64,000 nt of DNA from Candidatus Bathyarchaeia archaeon (GTDB lineage: Archaea; Thermoproteota; Bathyarchaeia; Bathyarchaeales; Bathycorpusculaceae). Made by a program: the position numbers and the translations under genes. The notes beneath the pieces are model-generated. The model searched no databases. It had not been told where the DNA came from and was given only the letters and a program-made list of their open reading frames with translations. Shown piece after piece: positions 58,441 through 64,000 of this stretch (the stretch's first letter is position 1; each line of letters opens with the position of its first letter). Location of the stretch: positions 64,001 through 128,000 of the forward strand of contig JAVZLM010000006.1 in NCBI GenBank assembly GCA_038883775.1, written 5' to 3'.

Positions 58441-58724
58441 AAGGGGCATTGGCATGGAGAACTCTTACACTTTGGACATATATTTTCGTATTTGTTAAAG
58501 GCTGCTTTTTCAAGATCCACATTTGTGACATTGGCAAGTGAAGCCAACCACGCAATTGCATCTGCAAACTCGTCTTCCAAAGCCTTTTTATTGTTTGTTT
58601 TTAATGCTTCTCCTAACTCCTTTACTTCGTCTACAAGCCAATTATACGTTTCAAGAGCCCCTCGTTTGGAGTCTTTATGAAAGTATAGGCGATGCATCAT
58701 TTTCTGAAACTCATGAATATGCAA
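58437..58724 (-). CDS. MazG-like nucleotide pyrophosphohydrolase
   Basis: WLVDEVKEL, EDEFAD--AWL-SLAN, C-terminal CPKC--PC-C; TTG start after GGTGA. Confidence 0.88.
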   Translation of the reverse strand: MHIHEFQKMMHRLYFHKDSKRGALETYNWLVDEVKELGEALKTNNKKALEDEFADAIAWLASLANVTNVDLEKAAFNKYENICPKCKSSPCQCPF

Positions 58725-58807
58725 GGTATTTTCACCTTTTTCTCTATGAATCGAGTAGTTTTTAAGATAAAAATGCATCTAACGTTTCAGTTTGGATGTG
58801 ATGCTTT

Positions 58808-59305
58808 ACGCGTGTTGTTGTTAGAAATTATAGAGAAGAGGATAGAGAAAATTGCCGTTCGCTGTGGCGGGAACTAACGGAGTGGCACCGAAAAATCTAC
58901 AAAGACCCAAAAATTGGCGGAGAACATTCAGAAGAATACTTTGACAAGCATTTGGCTAAAGTTGGACCCGACAAACTATGGGTTGCCGTACACAACTCTA
59001 AAGTTGTAGGGCTTGTGGGCCTAATTGTTGAAGGAAATGAGGCTGAAATAGAACCTCTTATAGTCAGCAAAACCTACCGTGGTAAAGGAGTAGGAAAACA
59101 ACTCCTAAAAACCGTTATTTCCGAAGCCCAGAAAATGGAAATAAGGTTTCTCTGCATAAAACCCGTAGCCCGAAACACTAAAACCATAAAATTCCTATGT
59201 GCTCAAGGTTTCAAAACGCTGGGGGAAATCGAACTTTTCATGGACTTTTCAAATTACAAGTGGAAGCGTGGACCCCAGCTTTTCGGATGCAAATTTAACT
59301 ATTAG
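58808..59305 (+). CDS. GNAT acetyltransferase (start codon non-canonical or mutated)
   Basis: Frame open from ACG 58808 (TRVVVRNYREEDRENCRSLWREL); V---YRGKGVGK acetyl-CoA motif. Confidence 0.75.
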   Translation, partial: TRVVVRNYREEDRENCRSLWRELTEWHRKIYKDPKIGGEHSEEYFDKHLAKVGPDKLWVAVHNSKVVGLVGLIVEGNEAEIEPLIVSKTYRGKGVGKQLLKTVISEAQKMEIRFLCIKPVARNTKTIKFLCAQGFKTLGEIELFMDFSNYKWKRGPQLFGCKFNY

Positions 59306-59723
59306 ATAAAACCTTTTGCCCCTTCTCAATTATATGGTGGACTTTGACGCCTTTTCTTTCTAAATGTGCTGAGATAAACCGTCTATGACAGCATTTTGGG
59401 CTCACTTCCATACACATGATGCATACGCGATTGTTTTGTGCAATTTCCAAAAGCCTTCTTATTCCTTCTCTGAAAATTTTGGTTCGCATATGCCTTTTGT
59501 ATCCGCCTCGCCTGTAACCTCCCAATTCTTTGCCAAGCCAAACATATTCTATGCCATTTTGAGGAAGCCATTTTTCCATTTGTTCTTTTTTGAAATGTTC
59601 AATTTTTGACGTTGGAAAACTACGAATGTCCACGAGAACTTGAATTTTATGCTCATTCAATAACTTTAAGAATTTTTCTATGGAACGATTGCTATGTCCA
59701 ATAGTCCATAGTGTAGTTTGCAA
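59295..59723 (-). CDS. DUF488 family protein
   Basis: TIGHSNR, LVDIRSFP-S, LGG-R, MC-E-P-CHR. Confidence 0.9.
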   Translation of the reverse strand: MQTTLWTIGHSNRSIEKFLKLLNEHKIQVLVDIRSFPTSKIEHFKKEQMEKWLPQNGIEYVWLGKELGGYRRGGYKRHMRTKIFREGIRRLLEIAQNNRVCIMCMEVSPKCCHRRFISAHLERKGVKVHHIIEKGQKVLSNS

Positions 59724-59725
59724 TT

Positions 59726-60327
59726 TTACCGCTTGCTTTCTAAATCTTTAAGGATTAACTTCACCAAATTGTCCAGTCGGTCTCTAACTTTTTCATCTTC
59801 AAGAAGGTCTCCATAAATGGAGCCTCTGTCGTATTCAACCGATTGAAGTAAGATTGATGGGGGTGGATTTTTGCACTCATAATGGTCGAGAATTATGCTA
59901 TGATATGTGAGGTCGCCGCCCGCGGGTACGTTTCCGATAACTATTAGGGCTATAATCTTGTTTAGAATGGTGTTTTTGAATTCGTCGTAACCTTTAAAGA
60001 CGCCTTGTGTTCTCTCCGTGAAGGCACTATAAAGTCCTGCGGGTTTGCCTCCGTATGTTGGAACTGCAAGTATGATGATGTCTGCTTCTTTCATTTTTCT
60101 GTAAATCTTTGGAACATCATCCCTTATTGGGCATTCCTCTTTTTTACTTCTAAGCTTAACACCAAAACACTCGTAATTGCAATGGCTGCAAGGTTTTACG
60201 TCATAGTCGTAGATGTTGATTATTTCTGTTTCGAATTTTGAGCTTTTAACTTCTCAAGGACGTATTCCAGAGAGTTTAGGCAGTTGCCTCTTTTCCTTGC
60301 ACTAAATGCGATACCTAAGGCTTTCAT
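59726..60327 (-). pseudogene. Flavodoxin-like / iron-sulfur flavoprotein, frameshifted
   Basis: MKALGIAFSARKRGN from 60327; 1-nt frameshift at about 60237; then PCSHCNYEC...CPIRDD...ADIIILAVPTYGG. Confidence 0.8.
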
Positions 60328-60336
60328 GGTTTTGCT

Positions 60337-61653
60337 CTACCGAATTTTTACGTATTTGTAGGCTTCTGTCGAGTTTTCAAAGCAGTAATGCACTTTTTGA
60401 TAGTCCTTTCGGAACTCTGCCACATCCGCCCTTACCTTTTCTGGCGGTTCCTTGTCTATTATTACTCGTTTGATGAGCTCTGCTATGTCAGTCATCTCTG
60501 ACTCTTTCATTCCAAGCCTTGTGACCTCTGAAACTCCAAGCCTTATTCCGCCCGGGTGCTGGAAATGTCTCCCTTCCTTAATGTCCCATGGCAACAAATT
60601 CCTATTTATTATTATGTTTGCCTTCTCTAAGGTTTCTTCGATTGTCCCGCCGTCGCCATATTTTGTAATGTCTATTATCATCACGTGGGATTCTGTGAAC
60701 CCTTTATGCTCTGCTAAAACGTTAAATCCTCTTTCATAAAGGGCTTGGGCTAAGGCTTTAGCGTTCTTCACGATTTGGTTTGCATATTCTCTTCCAAACT
60801 CAAGCATTTCAGCGCAAGCAATAGTTACGCCGGCAACCGCATGCAAGTGGTGATTGCTAACCATTCCTGGAAATGTTGCCCTTTTTATTTTTTCAGCGTA
60901 TTTTTCCCATGATAGGACTCCGCCATGTTGGGGTCCAAAGAAAGTTTTATGCGTGCTTAGGCTTACTACGTCTGCTCCTTCTCTAAGCGGGTCTTGGAAT
61001 TTTCCTCCAGCAATTAAGCCAGCCACATGGGCAGCGTCATACCCTACAGTTCCTCCCACCGAACGAATTGTATCTGCAAGCTCTTTGACTGGATGGGGGA
61101 ACGGGAAAACGCTTGCGCCAAACATGACAAGTTTTGGCGGTTTTCCCTCAGTTGCTAACTTTTCAATTCTCTGCTTTGCCTTGTCCACATCTATGTTCAA
61201 CTCCTTGTAATCTAAAGGAAGGTATTCAACAATTAAACCATGAACGGCGCCCGCTGTGCCTCCCAACTCTTTTTTGCCCATTGTTATGTGTCCACCGCAT
61301 GGAATGGATAATGCCATCATGGTGTCGCCTGGTTCTGTAAATGCTGTGTAAACAACTAGGTTTGCCACAACTCCTGAAATTGGTCTGACATCCACAAATT
61401 CTGCCTTGAAAAGTTTTTTCATGAGTTCAATGCATTTGTTTTCCACTTGGTCTATGAAACGGCAACCAGCATAGACACGTTCTCCAGGCCACCCTTCAGC
61501 ATAGCGGTTTCCAAAGTCTGTTGTGAGAGCTTCGCGAACAGCTGGGCTTGGAATGTTTTCGCTCGCTATTAGCGGAATGTTTTCTTGAAACCACTTGTGA
61601 TGTTGCTCGAGGAGACCAAGCACATAATTATACTCTTCTCGTGAACTTGACAT
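60337..61653 (-). CDS. glyA: Serine hydroxymethyltransferase (archaeal type)
   Basis: LIASEN, RYAEG, YDAAHV, STHKTFFGPQ, GIRLG. Confidence 0.96.
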   Translation of the reverse strand: MSSSREEYNYVLGLLEQHHKWFQENIPLIASENIPSPAVREALTTDFGNRYAEGWPGERVYAGCRFIDQVENKCIELMKKLFKAEFVDVRPISGVVANLVVYTAFTEPGDTMMALSIPCGGHITMGKKELGGTAGAVHGLIVEYLPLDYKELNIDVDKAKQRIEKLATEGKPPKLVMFGASVFPFPHPVKELADTIRSVGGTVGYDAAHVAGLIAGGKFQDPLREGADVVSLSTHKTFFGPQHGGVLSWEKYAEKIKRATFPGMVSNHHLHAVAGVTIACAEMLEFGREYANQIVKNAKALAQALYERGFNVLAEHKGFTESHVMIIDITKYGDGGTIEETLEKANIIINRNLLPWDIKEGRHFQHPGGIRLGVSEVTRLGMKESEMTDIAELIKRVIIDKEPPEKVRADVAEFRKDYQKVHYCFENSTEAYKYVKIR

Positions 61654-61767
61654 TTTATACACCCTTTTTTTGCATCAAACTATCACCCATCCACAAATAA
61701 AAACTCTTTCGAAAGGGCACAACATTAATAATGGAGATTAATTATCATACTAAAAGGAGAACGCCAA

Positions 61768-61941
61768 ATGAGCAAGAAAAAGAAAGAGAAAGCAGCGCCA
61801 ATGCCTGCTGCCAGCGCTGGGCTTCTAAGATTCTTTGAGGAAGAAACAGAAGGGGTAAAAGTTCGCCCAGAAATCCTTGTGGGTTTGGCAATAGCCCTGA
61901 TAGTAGTGGTTGTTTTAGCTCGTATTTTCTTTCCCACGTGA
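61768..61941 (+). CDS. secG: Preprotein translocase subunit Sec61beta (SecG)
   Basis: Not in ORF track. MSKKKKEKAAPMPAASAGLLRFFEEETEGVKVRPE plus TM helix. Confidence 0.92.
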   Translation: MSKKKKEKAAPMPAASAGLLRFFEEETEGVKVRPEILVGLAIALIVVVVLARIFFPT

Positions 61942-61946
61942 TATTT

Positions 61947-62234
61947 TTATCGACGAGAAGATGCATGCAAAACTTCTATTCGCTGCACAGAATTTAAGTG
62001 GATAAATATTTCGCTTCTTTCTTCTCTTCCAGCAACTTGCGGTATTGGTTGGGCTATAGTTGCCCGCAATATGACAGCCTCAGCTTCTGAAAGCCAAATT
62101 CCCGCTGGTTCTCGGGTTACTGCCGCCAAGGTTCCTTCAAAACCGTAGGAGGGGTCTAGAATTACTCTTAGTTTCTTGCCTAAATTTTTTTCAAGCATGT
62201 GAAATATTGTTGGAGGGATAGACTGATCTGGCAT
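61947..62234 (-). CDS. Divergent Sm/Lsm-fold protein
   Basis: LEKNLGKKLRVIL...FEGTL...L-EAE...IFI-LNSV-RIE follows the Sm1/Sm2 pattern. Confidence 0.65.
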   Translation of the reverse strand: MPDQSIPPTIFHMLEKNLGKKLRVILDPSYGFEGTLAAVTREPAGIWLSEAEAVILRATIAQPIPQVAGREERSEIFIHLNSVQRIEVLHASSRR

Positions 62235-62488
62235 TGGATTCGCAAAGTGTATAATCAGCAGTTTACAAATAAAACAGTTACCCTCCTAAAACATTGTATA
62301 CTTAATGTTGCTGTATTTTAGGGCGCCTTCTTTTCAGTTTATCTTTTTTCATGTTTCATGTCAAAACTAATTTAGCGTAATATGAAATAATTACGCAAAT
62401 AATGTCTTAACTTTCCATAGGGACGCAACGTTAACTCTCGACACTTTAATATGTCTGTTAAACTTTCATAGAAAATTCGCCGAGAAAG

Positions 62489-64000
62489 ATGGATATGGAA
62501 AAGGAAAATTCGCTAAAAATTTCTATGGATGAGGCGGTCAAACATTATTCCGCCCTCTTTAAGCTCCCATCATACAAAAAAGTAATTCTGTTTTTGGCAT
62601 TGATTTGCATAAGCTTAGGGCTTGTTTTTGCAGGCTTTTTCTTCTCTGGTTTAGAAGGGTTAGCTCTCGGCTTGTTGTTGGGGGCTTCAATATTTTCCAT
62701 AAATTGCATTGTAGATTATTTTACAACTACTAGACTTTTAAGACATGAACCCATTTATGATGTGCGAAGAACAGCAGCGCTTTCTCTTTACTGTTGGGTT
62801 TTTTGGTTTCTTTTTATTGCTGGAGGCGCTTTCATTACAATATTTACAAGCCTAGTATGGTTAGTTAGGCTTTTGTTTCTGGGTTTTTCTGCTGTGCTAA
62901 TCTTACGTTTAGTAGTGTTAAATTCGACATCCTTCGCTAGCTATAAACGCCTTTTTACAGCCTCGATTCTTCAACCCATTTTATGCGTCATTCCATTTTT
63001 GTTTATCTTAACAAAGGCTGCTTATCCCCTCGATTTTTATTACGCACTTTTGTTCTTTGTTTCCTCAATTATCGTGAGCATAGCCTCAAGTTCCCTTTTC
63101 ATTTCAGCCTTAAATAATGTTGGCAAACAGATACTAGGGTTTCCTTCCATATCGCTTTTCAAGGCTTTTCTGCTTAACTGGATAGCTGACTTAAATGCTC
63201 CCTTTGAGGAGTTTCTTGAAAAGTTAGGTGAAAAGCAGACAGTGGAAGTTTCGTTAATAAAATTCAACTCTTCCAAACCCAAAGCATTCATAGTCACGCC
63301 TTCCATACATCCAGGCCCCTTCAAAAATATTGGAAGCAGTCTTCTTCCCTCCCAGCTTAAAACCACTTTGGAAAAGAAACTAAACTGTATTGTATGTGTT
63401 CCTCATGGGTTGTTTGGACACGAATTTGATTTAGCTTCTCAAATCCAAAGCCAAAAAGTAATCGACAGGGTTCTTGAAAATGCGAATTTTGAGGTTCAAG
63501 AAGCAAGAGCTACCTCTCTTGTTAAAATCCATAATGGTCTAGCCACTGTGTGCTGCCAAATTTTCGGTAGTTGCGCCTTTCTCTCTTTCACCCTAGCTCC
63601 TAAGACAACTGAAGATTTTCCACATGAGCTGGGAATGTTTATTCGCCAAGAAGCCGAAAGGTATGGGTTGAATTGTTGTGTTATTGTTAACGCTCATAAC
63701 AGCATTAACGGAGCAGTGAATATGCAAGAGGCGTTAGATGCTCTAAAAGATGCTGCTGTAGCGTGCCTACAAAAGGCGTTTTCTCAAGAGAAATTGCCTT
63801 TTAATGTTGGCGCTGCTACGGTTATTCCTAAGGAATTTGGTCTTAAGGATGGTATGGGCCCCGGCGGCGTCACAGTTGTCGTGGTTAAGGTTGGGGTTCA
63901 AAAAACTGCTTATGTTGTGGTTGATGGGAATAATATGGTTGCTGGATTGCGTGAAAAAATCCTTTCTGCCCTTCATCTCATAGAAATTGATGATGGTGAA
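62489..64000 (+). CDS. DUF2070 family membrane protein (truncated by window edge)
   Basis: Not in ORF track (no stop in window). Multi-TM N-terminus; PSIHPGPFKNIGSS, PHG--GHE-D, NAHN, DGNN motifs. Confidence 0.85.
   Translation, partial: MDMEKENSLKISMDEAVKHYSALFKLPSYKKVILFLALICISLGLVFAGFFFSGLEGLALGLLLGASIFSINCIVDYFTTTRLLRHEPIYDVRRTAALSLYCWVFWFLFIAGGAFITIFTSLVWLVRLLFLGFSAVLILRLVVLNSTSFASYKRLFTASILQPILCVIPFLFILTKAAYPLDFYYALLFFVSSIIVSIASSSLFISALNNVGKQILGFPSISLFKAFLLNWIADLNAPFEEFLEKLGEKQTVEVSLIKFNSSKPKAFIVTPSIHPGPFKNIGSSLLPSQLKTTLEKKLNCIVCVPHGLFGHEFDLASQIQSQKVIDRVLENANFEVQEARATSLVKIHNGLATVCCQIFGSCAFLSFTLAPKTTEDFPHELGMFIRQEAERYGLNCCVIVNAHNSINGAVNMQEALDALKDAAVACLQKAFSQEKLPFNVGAATVIPKEFGLKDGMGPGGVTVVVVKVGVQKTAYVVVDGNNMVAGLREKILSALHLIEIDDGE

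Noticed and set aside
289-63976. Numerous antisense or alternate-frame ORFs in the track (e.g. 1206..1622, 11576..12118, 27852..28616, 61725..61937, 63040..63366)
   Set aside because: They shadow well-supported genes on the other strand or frame and lack recognisable motifs.

Overview
Archaeal chromosomal segment, most likely Bathyarchaeia (TACK). This is inferred from the combination of PolD, Elf1, eS31/eS24/eS6, Fae-Hps and AcnX. It is mostly core genome: translation/transcription operons (eS6-aIF2gamma-PIN-Rpo7-Spt4-DPCK-eS24-eS31 and uL3-uL4-uL23-uL2-uS19), archaeal mevalonate and lipid genes, SAH cycle, NAD synthesis, SHMT, and two tRNAs (Glu-UUC; intron-containing Ser-CGA). It also contains a replication origin (polD1-cdc6-oriC with three ORB boxes; polD2 nearby). 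The most striking unexplained structure lies just right of oriC: three uncharacterised HTH proteins, one of them membrane-anchored with a coiled-coil stalk, and a dense TGTGAW/ACATCAC repeat array whose core motif recurs inside oriC. This is a candidate origin-tethering or segregation module. Other notable items: a Fis-like HTH fused to Fae-Hps; a minimal SerK-like/CysK operon with a divergent Cys-rich regulator and tandem palindromic operators; a YdjG-like zinc-ribbon/membrane operon; a 5.1-kb island bounded by a 13-bp copy of the tRNA-Ser 3' end; a pseudogene patch; and two genes that appear to need non-canonical start codons. No CRISPR array, rRNA, integrase or transposase was seen. All product calls come from motif recognition, not database searches.
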